A DNA stretch of 64,000 nt from a virus. Each line of letters begins with the position of its first letter. Positions within the stretch are counted from its first letter, which is position 1. Below the pieces are notes generated by a model, which was not told where the DNA came from, did no database searches, and was given only the letters and a program-made list of their open reading frames with translations. A program made the position numbers and the translations under genes. Positions 35,786 to 45,072 of the stretch are shown one piece after another. The stretch is from the IMG/VR virus record IMGVR_UViG_3300007511_000007, positions 32,001 to 96,000 of that record, one strand, 5' to 3'.

Positions 35786-36537
35786 TCAGCCCTCTCAGTC
35801 AGAGACGCTCGCCAACCCTTCGCAAGCTCCCGTTTACCGCCCACTAAGCTACTAACCATAGACGCAGAAACGCCATGAGTACGGATAAATTCTTGTCGGG
35901 TACCACAAAAAACATCGTCCGAAACCTCATGCGAAAAACAATACGTCTGGTGATCGTAGTTTGGGTTCCTCTCCCCGACGTGATTGTGTTTTCCTTTACC
36001 GCTTTCACTCATCTTCTCCCGGGTTGCATGGGATCTCTTTCTACCTCTCTGGGCATCACCGATCTTCTTCCTGGTTTCCTCACTGTGGACTCTCGTAGCA
36101 GAAAACTCCCCCACCTTTCTACGCATCTCTGCGCTGTATTCCCGTCTTCTATTCGCTGCCCCGATCTTTTTCTTGTGGGCTTCTGTGAACTTCCGCCCTT
36201 TCAATGCGACACTGATCTTCTCAATCGCTTCCGGGCTAGGTCTGCCCCCATCAGGGGCATAATTCAAATTGTAGTTTGTTTCGGGCTGCTGCTCACAAAT
36301 AGTCAAATACTTCTGCTCAACACTGTGCAAGTCTCTCTCGGGCACCTTCTCCAATACCACAAACTCAAAAGCCTCTTTGCCGTACTTATGCCACGCAGCA
36401 GTCAAATGACTATTGTGGTGCTCTCTCCTGCACAACTCATACTGATGTCGGCTCCATCGAACCCTCAGATTCTTGGTGCTGCCGACATAGTATTTGCCGT
36501 TTTTCCTGTTCACAATCTTGTAAATACCACTAGCCAT
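35782..36537 (-). CDS. Free-standing GIY-YIG homing endonuclease with NUMOD3 repeats
   Basis: SGIYKI...YYVGS, RWSRH; repeated SEETRKKIG-type motifs; start MASGIY 36537. Confidence 0.9.
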   Translation of the reverse strand: MASGIYKIVNRKNGKYYVGSTKNLRVRWSRHQYELCRREHHNSHLTAAWHKYGKEAFEFVVLEKVPERDLHSVEQKYLTICEQQPETNYNLNYAPDGGRPSPEAIEKISVALKGRKFTEAHKKKIGAANRRREYSAEMRRKVGEFSATRVHSEETRKKIGDAQRGRKRSHATREKMSESGKGKHNHVGERNPNYDHQTYCFSHEVSDDVFCGTRQEFIRTHGVSASMVSSLVGGKRELAKGWRASLTERAE

Positions 36538-37354
36538 AGCAGTCTTCCTTTGAATCTCGGAGCAATGGCACAATGAAAACCCTTGTCTCGGGGTTCTTCT
36601 GCGCTACTTTGACTAATGCTTCTCTCAAACAAGAATAGAAGATGTCCCCCACTTTGATTCCCATTGTGGGATCATCGGCCAGTTTCTGCTTCGCTGTAGT
36701 CCACCTCTCTGCAACAATTCCTGCGGCCTTATCGAGTTTCGCCAAATACTGTTTGGCGATGTTGTCATACTCACTTTTGGAGGTTTTGAGGATCAACCCG
36801 TCCTCGTAGTTGCGCTGGTTCAGCCGGAAGAGACCACTATACTTGTAGGATCTGAAGATGATGCTGTCCCTCGTTACCTTCGAAACCAACCCCATGTCCC
36901 CTACCTTGAACTGATATCCGCGCCCAAAGGACATATCAGAAGTGAATTTGAAAGTGTCTCCCACTTTGAGGGGGTCAGGGATCGTCACGCCTGAGGCAAG
37001 GTACTTCTGATACTCACGATTTCCTTTTACAGCCCTAGCCACGGACGCCGCACTCATCCGACCCGAACCAACCTTGTTATAGAGAGGAATCCACTCCGGG
37101 TTTTCATGAAACGGGAGTGCCCAATTCTCATCTTCTTCGAACCAGTAGTAGCCGCCCTGTTTGATTGCACACTTCAATGCGGCCGGGGATAGCTTCTTTC
37201 GGGCCAACCCTTGAGCGACTCCGATACCCCCATGTCCCGCAGTATGCACTTCATTCAAACCACGACCAATGAGATACATGGTCTGGACTTTCCCCCATGG
37301 AGAATTCGGGGCTTTCCGATCATAATCGTCCCAATCTCGACGTTTCTGCGACAT
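36530..37354 (-). CDS. Hypothetical multi-domain protein, DUF7007-like N-terminus (274 aa)
   Basis: SPWG...TAGHGG...WFEED motifs; carries both the IVAERW tag and the LREAL...VPLL motif. Confidence 0.7.
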   Translation of the reverse strand: MSQKRRDWDDYDRKAPNSPWGKVQTMYLIGRGLNEVHTAGHGGIGVAQGLARKKLSPAALKCAIKQGGYYWFEEDENWALPFHENPEWIPLYNKVGSGRMSAASVARAVKGNREYQKYLASGVTIPDPLKVGDTFKFTSDMSFGRGYQFKVGDMGLVSKVTRDSIIFRSYKYSGLFRLNQRNYEDGLILKTSKSEYDNIAKQYLAKLDKAAGIVAERWTTAKQKLADDPTMGIKVGDIFYSCLREALVKVAQKNPETRVFIVPLLRDSKEDCYG

Positions 37355-37357
37355 CTC

Positions 37358-38644
37358 TTAACCTCCCTGCATCACACAATACGTGACATTCAAAGTTTGG
37401 GCGACGCCAAAGCTCACGGTGAATCCAGTGGCAAGCTTCCCTGTCACCGCAGGAAAAGCACCCCCTGCAGGGGCACCACTCACATCAAGTGCAACCGTAT
37501 AGTTCGCATCCAACCTTTCCCATGGAAGAATTACAGGCTTTGACGCTTCCACGGCAAACGCCAGTGTCCCCCGGAGGACTGATTCATTCACTTTGCCTCC
37601 CCCAGCCGAGACTCCTGTTCGACAGGAGGAGTTCATAGTCAATTCAGTCCCGGCACCCACTGTGAGATTCTGAAAGGTCGAATGGTTAATTGTCCCGGTC
37701 CGATCCCCACTCAAAGCAAAGTGAGCCATACTGGGGCAACCATTGACAGCCAACACACCAGCACCTGAAAGAGTACAAGACAGGTTTCCAACCGTTCTAC
37801 ACTCTCCAATCGCATAGGATGAACCCACAGTGATCGGCTTCGTGGCCGCAGCATTGTCGTAGTCCAATTGGAGATGGTTGACCGCGTCGACTTCCGAGAG
37901 GTTGAATTCCGCAACCTCCTCAATCAAAGAGATCGAATCCGCATCGCTCCATTTCCACGAGCCACCTTGCACGTAAAGATGATTGATGGCATCCGCACGA
38001 ATCTGGTACCCGCCGACTCCCCGTGCTCGAATCATGCAGTCAATGATCCTGATGCCGCCAGTACCATAAAGGACACCGACTGCGGTATCCACAAGACCGA
38101 CGCTGGTTGCATTTACACCGCCGCCCTGAGTGATCCTCACGCACGCGCCTGTGTCGCCTGCGGGTGTGTGCGAATTTGTAATGATAAGGTTCTGAAGGAT
38201 ACACTGCTTCGGGACGAAGTTGCCCGAAGATTGGATCGTCAAGGTATTGGAGGCATTGACGTTGGGGGTGTCTTCATGTGCCGATTGAATTGTAGGCCAA
38301 CCAATTCCCATGAGATGCACACCATCTTTGGTGAGCGAGACATCTTCCTGATAGACCCCGGGCAGAATGAAGATAACAGCGGGAGCCGCTGCACTCGTAG
38401 TAGCCCCATTGACGGCATCAATAGCACTCTGAACCGTTGTATACTCAACGCCTGCGCCACCTTTCCCGACCACGAAGACCTGAGTTCCTGATTTGATCCC
38501 CGCAAGCTGTGAGAGAGTCAGTGTCCCGGCAACTCCATCTGTGAACTGAAGAGAGTTATCACTGGCATTGCGAGTGATCGTGCGAGTCCCGGTGGAACCC
38601 GGTTCAATCTGTATCTGGTCTACCAACCACGGGTCTTGTGCCAT
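37358..38644 (-). CDS. Putative fibre/spike protein with pectin-lyase-like beta helix (428 aa)
   Basis: YTTVQSAIDA...IFILPGVYQEDV cap motif followed by beta-helix-like repeats. Confidence 0.7.
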   Translation of the reverse strand: MAQDPWLVDQIQIEPGSTGTRTITRNASDNSLQFTDGVAGTLTLSQLAGIKSGTQVFVVGKGGAGVEYTTVQSAIDAVNGATTSAAAPAVIFILPGVYQEDVSLTKDGVHLMGIGWPTIQSAHEDTPNVNASNTLTIQSSGNFVPKQCILQNLIITNSHTPAGDTGACVRITQGGGVNATSVGLVDTAVGVLYGTGGIRIIDCMIRARGVGGYQIRADAINHLYVQGGSWKWSDADSISLIEEVAEFNLSEVDAVNHLQLDYDNAAATKPITVGSSYAIGECRTVGNLSCTLSGAGVLAVNGCPSMAHFALSGDRTGTINHSTFQNLTVGAGTELTMNSSCRTGVSAGGGKVNESVLRGTLAFAVEASKPVILPWERLDANYTVALDVSGAPAGGAFPAVTGKLATGFTVSFGVAQTLNVTYCVMQGG

Positions 38645-38653
38645 TCGTTACCC

Positions 38654-39334
38654 CTACACAAACACATCATAGCCAACCACAGCCGTTTGCCCGACTCCGA
38701 GGGTAATCCCCAAAGTGGCCGTGAACCCTGTCTTCGATTGTGCTGAAATCTCTACCGGGAAAAATCCAACGGGACTTAATATCACCCGGTACTCGTCACT
38801 ATTGAATGCCGCAGCAAACGTCACACTCTTTGATCCCGCATCCGCATCCGTGAACGTCAAGCTCCCGCCTGTCGTGCTAGTCTGTGAAGTCTTCTCCAAC
38901 ACCACATAGGCCACAGTGATCGGGACTGCGGGTGTCCCATAAGCCACCGGAGCCACAGCATTGAACCCAGCCGTGGTCTTGTCCTCAGTCGTGAGGATCG
39001 TTCCATCAGGCGTCGTGTATACAACCCGGTAGTTGGTGTTGTTCATCGCCGCACCGAAAACCACGGGTCTACTCGTCTGCCCCGAGAACACAATGTTGCC
39101 GTTATCAATACTGGTTTCAGCAAGTAAATCCTCAGTCAGGTCTTTGGCGGTACCCATATCGTCAAGAACCGACTGGGGAAGGGATGTCGTACTATCTCGG
39201 ATGAGTCCCGTGGGGGCGATGATGTTCCGTACTGAGACCAGACCTTGCTCATCGACTACAATGTCGAAATAGTAGGCCACACCCCCTGATTCTGACTTGT
39301 AGGTATGCACTCCCAGAGTTCTTGTCAGAGCCAT
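38654..39334 (-). CDS. Putative virion structural protein with duplicated beta domain (226 aa)
   Basis: VVFGAAMNNTNYRVV and VTFAAAFNSDEYRVI repeats, similar to the C-terminus of the neighbouring fibre protein. Confidence 0.65.
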   Translation of the reverse strand: MALTRTLGVHTYKSESGGVAYYFDIVVDEQGLVSVRNIIAPTGLIRDSTTSLPQSVLDDMGTAKDLTEDLLAETSIDNGNIVFSGQTSRPVVFGAAMNNTNYRVVYTTPDGTILTTEDKTTAGFNAVAPVAYGTPAVPITVAYVVLEKTSQTSTTGGSLTFTDADAGSKSVTFAAAFNSDEYRVILSPVGFFPVEISAQSKTGFTATLGITLGVGQTAVVGYDVFV

Positions 39335-39346
39335 GCGGCATTCTCC

Positions 39347-39652
39347 TTACCACAAACCTGTCGTGAGATAGCTACGTTTGAGGAACCATTTCTCCAGAGT
39401 CTTGAGAGCAGTTCGGTTACCAGACCAGAATTCAATGGAGTCGTAGTCTTCTTTGATCCCCAGGTCAGGAATCGGGGAAACTCCTGCCATGGCTATTTTG
39501 CGATCCCGAAAAGAACGCAAAAGACCGGCCAGATTCTTGATTTCATGCCCATGGTACACCTTCAGCCGATACTCGGCTCGGACTTCCGCTTCAAGAAACC
39601 TCTTGGCCACGGATTTCGCCATGACAACTCGGCGTTCAGAGGGTTTCGCCAT
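39347..39652 (-). CDS. Hypothetical protein with N-terminal SVAKRFL tag (101 aa)
   Basis: GAGGT RBS; first gene after the late promoter motif. Confidence 0.75.
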   Translation of the reverse strand: MAKPSERRVVMAKSVAKRFLEAEVRAEYRLKVYHGHEIKNLAGLLRSFRDRKIAMAGVSPIPDLGIKEDYDSIEFWSGNRTALKTLEKWFLKRSYLTTGLW

Positions 39653-39674
39653 AACAGCTACCTCACAAACAATT

Positions 39675-39703
39675 CTACTTGTTGGGAAAAAATAGAGGGA
39701 TTA
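39675..39703 (-). promoter_or_regulatory. Putative phage late promoter TAAT-CCCT-CTATT-N12-GTAG
   Basis: Sits at the boundary between the replication/transcription and virion modules. Confidence 0.55.
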
Positions 39704-39713
39704 GTGGGCACCG

Positions 39714-40310
39714 CTATACGATGGCGTGAGTCACTTGCCTCTCAATCGGACTACGTTGAACCTCACGCAAGATGTTGAGGTTCTTCGAGATCACATCGAA
39801 AACCCCAACATAGACTTTCATCCCTTTAGCTGCCCTGAGTTTCTTGATCGATCTGATAAACCGATGTCGTACCAACCCTTGACTAACCCCTAATCGCTTG
39901 GCCACTTCTGATTGACAGGTGGTTTGGTACATCAAGGACATGATCTGGACATCCAAGGAATCCGGCAGCACATCTTCCAGGTCTTCTTCCATGTCTTCGA
40001 TTTGAATATCAGGGAGTTGGAAGATGAATTGAATCCGGGCTGTGGCTCTTTGCAGCCGATAGCAAACGGTGGGCTGGGATACCCTGAAGATTTGCGCTAT
40101 GTCTGTTTGTTTGAGGTGTCGGAAGAAATAGAGATCAATGAAGTCTGCCTCTCGGGGTGGAAGTTCATCCATGATCCCGCGTATACGTTCAATCTTTCTT
40201 TTGTCTGCATCAGAGAGTTCAGTGAAGATCGAGTCCATAAAGCCTAAGCCATCTTCAGTGGAGAAGCGGGTTTCCATTTCAAAAGGATCTAACACATTAC
40301 GACCCGCCAT
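39714..40310 (-). CDS. Sigma-factor-like protein with two region 4 HTH domains (198 aa)
   Basis: LPPRE...LYFF..LKQTDIAQIFRVSQPTV and CQSEVAKRLGVSQGLV. Confidence 0.75.
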   Translation of the reverse strand: MAGRNVLDPFEMETRFSTEDGLGFMDSIFTELSDADKRKIERIRGIMDELPPREADFIDLYFFRHLKQTDIAQIFRVSQPTVCYRLQRATARIQFIFQLPDIQIEDMEEDLEDVLPDSLDVQIMSLMYQTTCQSEVAKRLGVSQGLVRHRFIRSIKKLRAAKGMKVYVGVFDVISKNLNILREVQRSPIERQVTHAIV

Positions 40311-40854
40311 CTTCGGCCTCCACTAAAAACACACGAGGTATTTTCGCAATAATCTTCAAGGAACGCAAGTTGAAAAACACAAATGCGTGATCATCGTGCA
40401 AACCTAAGACCTCTCCACTCAGCTTTGAATACGTACCATCAACGATCTCTACATCCATCCCGGCTTCAATACCCTCCGAGAGAATTTCCCTTAGTTTAAG
40501 GCGCATCTGATGAATACGTTGATTCGGGATTGTACTCAGGACTCGGACACCTGCAGCAGACATGCTGGTCATGACTTTGTTGACGTAAGCTTTCTTCTCT
40601 AATCGGAAATACTCAGTTTCCTCTAACCCCGTGGCGATGAAAACGTAACCCTCCATCAAATGTGTTGTGATTGTCTTTCCGTCTTTTCGGTAAGTTGTCG
40701 CGGGAACAAAGATTGGGTGTTCTTCAGAAAGGATCAGGTCTTTGCGGATACGGGTTTCAAGGGTACCATCGTCAACTTTGTTCTCCCCCGTCCGGGTGAG
40801 TTCCAAGACTACCCAAGTCTGGCCGTCCCTTATGTCCGCCACTGCTTCCCTCAA
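40297..40854 (-). CDS. NusG-family transcription factor (NGN + KOW)
   Basis: TWVVL, IFVP, LMEGYVFI (NGN); GMDVEIVDGTYSKLSGEV (KOW). The start may be GTG 40842. Confidence 0.8.
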   Translation of the reverse strand: MREAVADIRDGQTWVVLELTRTGENKVDDGTLETRIRKDLILSEEHPIFVPATTYRKDGKTITTHLMEGYVFIATGLEETEYFRLEKKAYVNKVMTSMSAAGVRVLSTIPNQRIHQMRLKLREILSEGIEAGMDVEIVDGTYSKLSGEVLGLHDDHAFVFFNLRSLKIIAKIPRVFLVEAEDGGS

Positions 40855-42220
40855 GTAACTCGTTCACTCGAAGCTCAAGAAGCGCACAGAATTGAGACAG
40901 GTCAAGACCAAACTGGGATGAACCTCCCACTGAATCTTGGGGGGTTCTTCTTTTCATGGCCCGTTTATCAACAAACACTCCACCCACGGTAACTCCATGA
41001 GTCGCTGGTACTTTACCATCAGTCTTAGTGGTTTTCTCGCTTTTTTTCTCAACTTTTCCGGAAGGTTCCGAATCTTGCTCCTCGAATACAGTCCCGGAAG
41101 CCCCCGAAACTACGGGTTGAAGAACAATGGGCACGCCCCCTTCCAGGGAGACTCCTTCCACGACCTTTGCCAGTTGAAGAACATCGCACTCCAATGTCGA
41201 AAGGTTAGACCGTCCGGGTCGAGAAGAAAGGAAACTGACAAAGTCAATCAACTGCCTGCCATAGTGGGTTCCCAACTCTTCGACTCTTGGCCGATCCCAG
41301 TACACCGGAATCGAACTTACCCCCAGATAAGACTTGTAAGCCACCATGAAAAGCTCCGCGAGTTTCTCATAGCAGGTGACCGGGGAAATCCGCTGATTCA
41401 AAGTCTTGAGAGACTCAGCGATTTTCTTGGCGTCAGATCCAATGCTTTCAGCCAGATCGAGGTACACCGAATGCAAATCCAAATGGAGGAACTTGTCAGT
41501 ATGTACCCTGCTTACAGCCCCCATACGTGCGATCCCCTCGACAGCTTTGATCGCATCACGGATATGCGACTCACACACTTCCGCAATCAAAGGTAATGCT
41601 TCAGCTTCATACTCGAATTTCTCTTGTTCGCAGATATGCTGCAACCTTTCTGCGATCACCTTGGGCTTCAGGGTCTCGATCACAAAGGCCGGGGCACAAC
41701 GAGACAAAACCGTTGACCGCATCTTCTCCGGTTCCGTCGTACAAAAGATGCAAACCAACTTCCGATCCTTAGTCTTGGCCTGACACTCTTCCATAGGCTT
41801 GAGCATCGAATCCAAAGCCCCTTTTGTGAGAGCATGGGATTCATCAAAGAGATACAGCCGCCGCTTTCCTGAGAAGCTGCAATACTGAATCTCTTCCTTG
41901 ATCTTCCGAAGCTCCTCTTTCCCCGAATTGGTTGCCGCATCCACCTCGACAAAGGTCTCGCTTTGTCCCTGCTCAAGGATCGTTTTACAGGTCGTACATT
42001 GGTTACACGGATCACCCTCAGGAGAAAGATGGCTGCAGAGCATCGCTCTGGCCAAAATTCTCCCAAGGGTTGTCTTCCCGCTACCGAAGGGGCCAGCAAA
42101 CAGATACGACTGTTGAAACGCCTCGCCCTTTTTCAGAATCTGACGCAAGATGGCGATGGTACCATCCTGCCCCAAAACGTCTGCAAACGTTTCCGGACGG
42201 TATTTGATGTCAAGACTCAT
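40772..42220 (-). CDS. dnaX: DNA polymerase III gamma/tau clamp loader subunit
   Basis: KYRP.TFADVLGQ, GPFGSGKTT, PCNQCTTC, EVDAA, DESH, SRC. Confidence 0.93.
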   Translation of the reverse strand: MSLDIKYRPETFADVLGQDGTIAILRQILKKGEAFQQSYLFAGPFGSGKTTLGRILARAMLCSHLSPEGDPCNQCTTCKTILEQGQSETFVEVDAATNSGKEELRKIKEEIQYCSFSGKRRLYLFDESHALTKGALDSMLKPMEECQAKTKDRKLVCIFCTTEPEKMRSTVLSRCAPAFVIETLKPKVIAERLQHICEQEKFEYEAEALPLIAEVCESHIRDAIKAVEGIARMGAVSRVHTDKFLHLDLHSVYLDLAESIGSDAKKIAESLKTLNQRISPVTCYEKLAELFMVAYKSYLGVSSIPVYWDRPRVEELGTHYGRQLIDFVSFLSSRPGRSNLSTLECDVLQLAKVVEGVSLEGGVPIVLQPVVSGASGTVFEEQDSEPSGKVEKKSEKTTKTDGKVPATHGVTVGGVFVDKRAMKRRTPQDSVGGSSQFGLDLSQFCALLELRVNELLEGSSGGHKGRPDLGSLGTHPDGGEQS

Positions 42221-42702
42221 TACGCCTCTTCGGGATCACCGTCCTCGTTCTCTTCATCCCCGAACAACTGTTCGATGATGCTCTGTCCTTCCTCGTCGTC
42301 TGCGGGGGGAGTTCTCCAGACGCCGTGCCGTTCGATCTCTGCGAAGTAGGCCGAGAAATCCGGGGGCACGAGGTAATACTTCATCTCTGCCGTCTGCGGA
42401 TCTTCGTCCCCTTTCATGGAACAGAGGTGATGATCGACCAGGGCAAACTGCTGCTTCTGAGTGAGATCATCCCACTCATCCGAGGCCAACTCCATCACGA
42501 ACACGTATTCTGTGTCCCCCAACACGTTGACCAACGGCGGGGCTTTCTTGCTCTTACCCAGGATCGCTCGCCCGCCCGCTTTGGTTGCCTTCTCCTTGAA
42601 CACAATCGCAATCTCGGCATTGGCCAGATGGGGATGATACTTGGACACCAGATCCAGCATGATGTCTCTTACTTCGTCTCCTGCTTTCCACATGCTTCCC
42701 AT
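42220..42702 (-). CDS. Putative phage metallopeptidase-like protein
   Basis: HPHL...WDDL...ALVDHHLC...IERHG pattern; the HExxH-like motif is altered. Confidence 0.65.
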   Translation of the reverse strand: MGSMWKAGDEVRDIMLDLVSKYHPHLANAEIAIVFKEKATKAGGRAILGKSKKAPPLVNVLGDTEYVFVMELASDEWDDLTQKQQFALVDHHLCSMKGDEDPQTAEMKYYLVPPDFSAYFAEIERHGVWRTPPADDEEGQSIIEQLFGDEENEDGDPEEA

Positions 42703-42713
42703 AGGTTCCTCCT

Positions 42714-43418
42714 TCAGATTGGGAAATACTCCTTGATACCTCTACCATACTTATCCCAAAGCTCCCCCGGGTCTTTGCCCCCGGAGTACGGGATATCTAC
42801 ACAATCTAATCCTACTCTTTTGAGAGCTTCTAGTGCTCCCATTCTCTTTCTTCCGGTGTCGTCCACCCACCCCACGACTCCCCTGCGCCCCGTGTCATCC
42901 CGGTCGTAAACCATTTTGACACGACATCGGAACCGACGTAAAAACTCGATATGCTTGCGAGTCATCGCAGCCCGGATCGAAGACAACACGACATCGCCCG
43001 CCGGGATAACCCACTCCATTGCGAACAGATCGAAAAGCCCTTCCACAACCCACGCCGTTGATCCCTGCCATAACCGTGCGACAGAATCTCGACGCATCTC
43101 CCAAAGAGGGTTCCAGCCCGAACGGGGGCCGAGGTACCGGACAACCCTTTTCTGCACCATCGATCTCGCATTGAATCCGATGGGAACCCCACGAGGAGAC
43201 CAGATGGGGCAGATCAACATCCCCTTGAGGCGTTCCCCATGAGAACCAAATTGAGAGCAAAAGTTTGCGTCCGGGGGTGGCTCGGCTAACTCTGTCCACT
43301 CCCCCAACTCCATGTCTTGAATGGTTTCCAACTTTCCACCACGCCCCAAAAGGTATCCTTCTACCTCTTCGGTGAGGACGACGGCTTCTGACAGGGCTTC
43401 TGTTAACCACTCACTCAT
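42714..43418 (-). CDS. DNA primase, TOPRIM domain (no Zn-binding domain visible)
   Basis: IGFNAR, VVEGLFD, YDRDDTG, KDPGE. Confidence 0.85.
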   Translation of the reverse strand: MSEWLTEALSEAVVLTEEVEGYLLGRGGKLETIQDMELGEWTELAEPPPDANFCSQFGSHGERLKGMLICPIWSPRGVPIGFNARSMVQKRVVRYLGPRSGWNPLWEMRRDSVARLWQGSTAWVVEGLFDLFAMEWVIPAGDVVLSSIRAAMTRKHIEFLRRFRCRVKMVYDRDDTGRRGVVGWVDDTGRKRMGALEALKRVGLDCVDIPYSGGKDPGELWDKYGRGIKEYFPI

Positions 43419-43960
43419 CTCTTGGCGATTGCCATACCTCTACTGGGGTTGTGGACAACTGAAATGATGCTGGACGAGCCGATCCGAGAGACAAAACCCA
43501 AAAGCTCTTTGTCTGTGGGTACCACAACAACATGACTGCCAGGGAGCCACTGAACCTCTGTGACCTTTTGATCCTTGAACGTCTCCCGCAAACGATCTGC
43601 CATCTTGGACTTCGCCCGGATGAGCAATTCAAGCTCCTCAATTTCGAAGGACTTGAGATACTGAATTGCCGCCCCGATCCCCTTTAAAGAATAAGGAAAG
43701 ACATTCCCCCACTGGCTCGTTGTGCCCTGTGAAGCAATCTCGGCCACGACCTCTCTGTAGAATTCCCCATTCTTGCGCACGTTTCGGCGCACCGCTGCCC
43801 GAACCACATCTCCGAAAGCCTCCGGAACCCACACCAGAGCACGGGTACTGGAAACCAAAAAGGGAGCCGCAATCGGATCAACCCTGAACTCCATCGCCAA
43901 CGGCAACCGGTTCGAGCCGATATTGATAGGCAACTCCAGAGTCTGAAGTAAATCACTCAT
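43415..43960 (-). CDS. Hypothetical protein (181 aa)
   Basis: Coupled ORF in the operon. Confidence 0.7.
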   Translation of the reverse strand: MSDLLQTLELPINIGSNRLPLAMEFRVDPIAAPFLVSSTRALVWVPEAFGDVVRAAVRRNVRKNGEFYREVVAEIASQGTTSQWGNVFPYSLKGIGAAIQYLKSFEIEELELLIRAKSKMADRLRETFKDQKVTEVQWLPGSHVVVVPTDKELLGFVSRIGSSSIISVVHNPSRGMAIAKR

Positions 43961-43966
43961 TTTGGC

Positions 43967-44410
43967 CTACCTCATGAATTTGATCCACCTCTTGAACCTG
44001 TCCCATTTCCCAAGCGGTTCTTCCTCCTCCTCGTCGATCTCTGGGAGATCCACAGATTCACTACCGCTTTCCTGTAAAACCCACCGGAGAGCAGCAATAT
44101 CGGGGTAGTTCGCCGCAATCTCTGATAACTTGCCCTTCATCAAGGCTTGAAACTCAGTTTTGATCGTTTCCTTCGTCTGACGGGCCTCCCACAGACTACA
44201 AGACCTCGCTTGTTCCAGACATTCAGGGTCGCTCGGGTCACAAAAAATCCTGAACTTACTGTTAGGGTGCCCACAGAAACAACCTAACGCCTCTTTAGAG
44301 TTATGGAGACAGCGAAGGGGTGTCTTCTTGAAGTTGCTTTGTAGAAGCTTCTTGAGGTGCCGATACGTCACCTGTTTCAGCTTCTGCTGTATTTCCCCTT
44401 CCCGTCGCAC
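43967..44410 (-). CDS. Hypothetical Cys-rich protein (147 aa)
   Basis: Coupled ORF; several Cys/His residues. Confidence 0.65.
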   Translation of the reverse strand: MRREGEIQQKLKQVTYRHLKKLLQSNFKKTPLRCLHNSKEALGCFCGHPNSKFRIFCDPSDPECLEQARSCSLWEARQTKETIKTEFQALMKGKLSEIAANYPDIAALRWVLQESGSESVDLPEIDEEEEEPLGKWDRFKRWIKFMR

Positions 44411-45072
44411 TACTTTTTCCCCTTCCCACGTACTCGGTCCAGATGGGCAATCCCTTGTTTACCTTTCCTGACTCGATAGGGGTTATGCCCGGCATCAACC
44501 AAAACCGTATCGTGAGTGATTAGAAGAATATCAAGCCCCATCCTTTTACAGATCGCTTCGAGGAACTTTCCGGTATTGACCACATACTCGTGGTTGATCG
44601 CAGGGAGGGCTTCGTCCAACAAAAGAAGAGGGCGCATCCCCCGTTTGACCAGAATGGTGATCCTCATCAAAACTGATTGAAGAGTCGTTACCGCACCGCC
44701 GAAAGCATCGTTGGCCATACCTTCGACCACGGTACCATCATCTTTGCAGTCAAGCGTCTTCATCCCCACACTAACCTTACCCCGCAAGACCTCCACTTCT
44801 CCCTTTACCGAAAGGTTCTGGTCATCAAAAACAGACTGCAACCCCTCGCTCTGAAGTTTCTCTACCGCGGCCACGCTGTCGGTAATCTCTTTGTCAATGA
44901 GGCTGCGAAACAATCCCGAGACCCGATCCAGCAAATCCCCCTCCACTTCGAGGTTGCCGATCTCTGTCTGGATATTTTTGATCCGAGTCCGCACCGCTTC
45001 ACGCAGCCCGATCACCATATCAACCCGGCTTCGGAGATTCGAAACGTCAGAGATGCCTACTTCGTCTGGCAT
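44410..45072 (-). CDS. SbcC/Rad50 ABC ATPase C-terminal half
   Basis: Coiled coil, degenerate signature FGGA, Walker B LLLLDEA, H-loop LITH; start at TAATG overlap 45072. Confidence 0.8.
   Translation of the reverse strand: MPDEVGISDVSNLRSRVDMVIGLREAVRTRIKNIQTEIGNLEVEGDLLDRVSGLFRSLIDKEITDSVAAVEKLQSEGLQSVFDDQNLSVKGEVEVLRGKVSVGMKTLDCKDDGTVVEGMANDAFGGAVTTLQSVLMRITILVKRGMRPLLLLDEALPAINHEYVVNTGKFLEAICKRMGLDILLITHDTVLVDAGHNPYRVRKGKQGIAHLDRVRGKGKK

Noticed and set aside
35782-36628. Group I intron carrying the GIY-YIG gene
   Set aside because: The endonuclease ORF overlaps both neighbours, leaving no room for a ribozyme core, and both neighbours have their own starts and stops.
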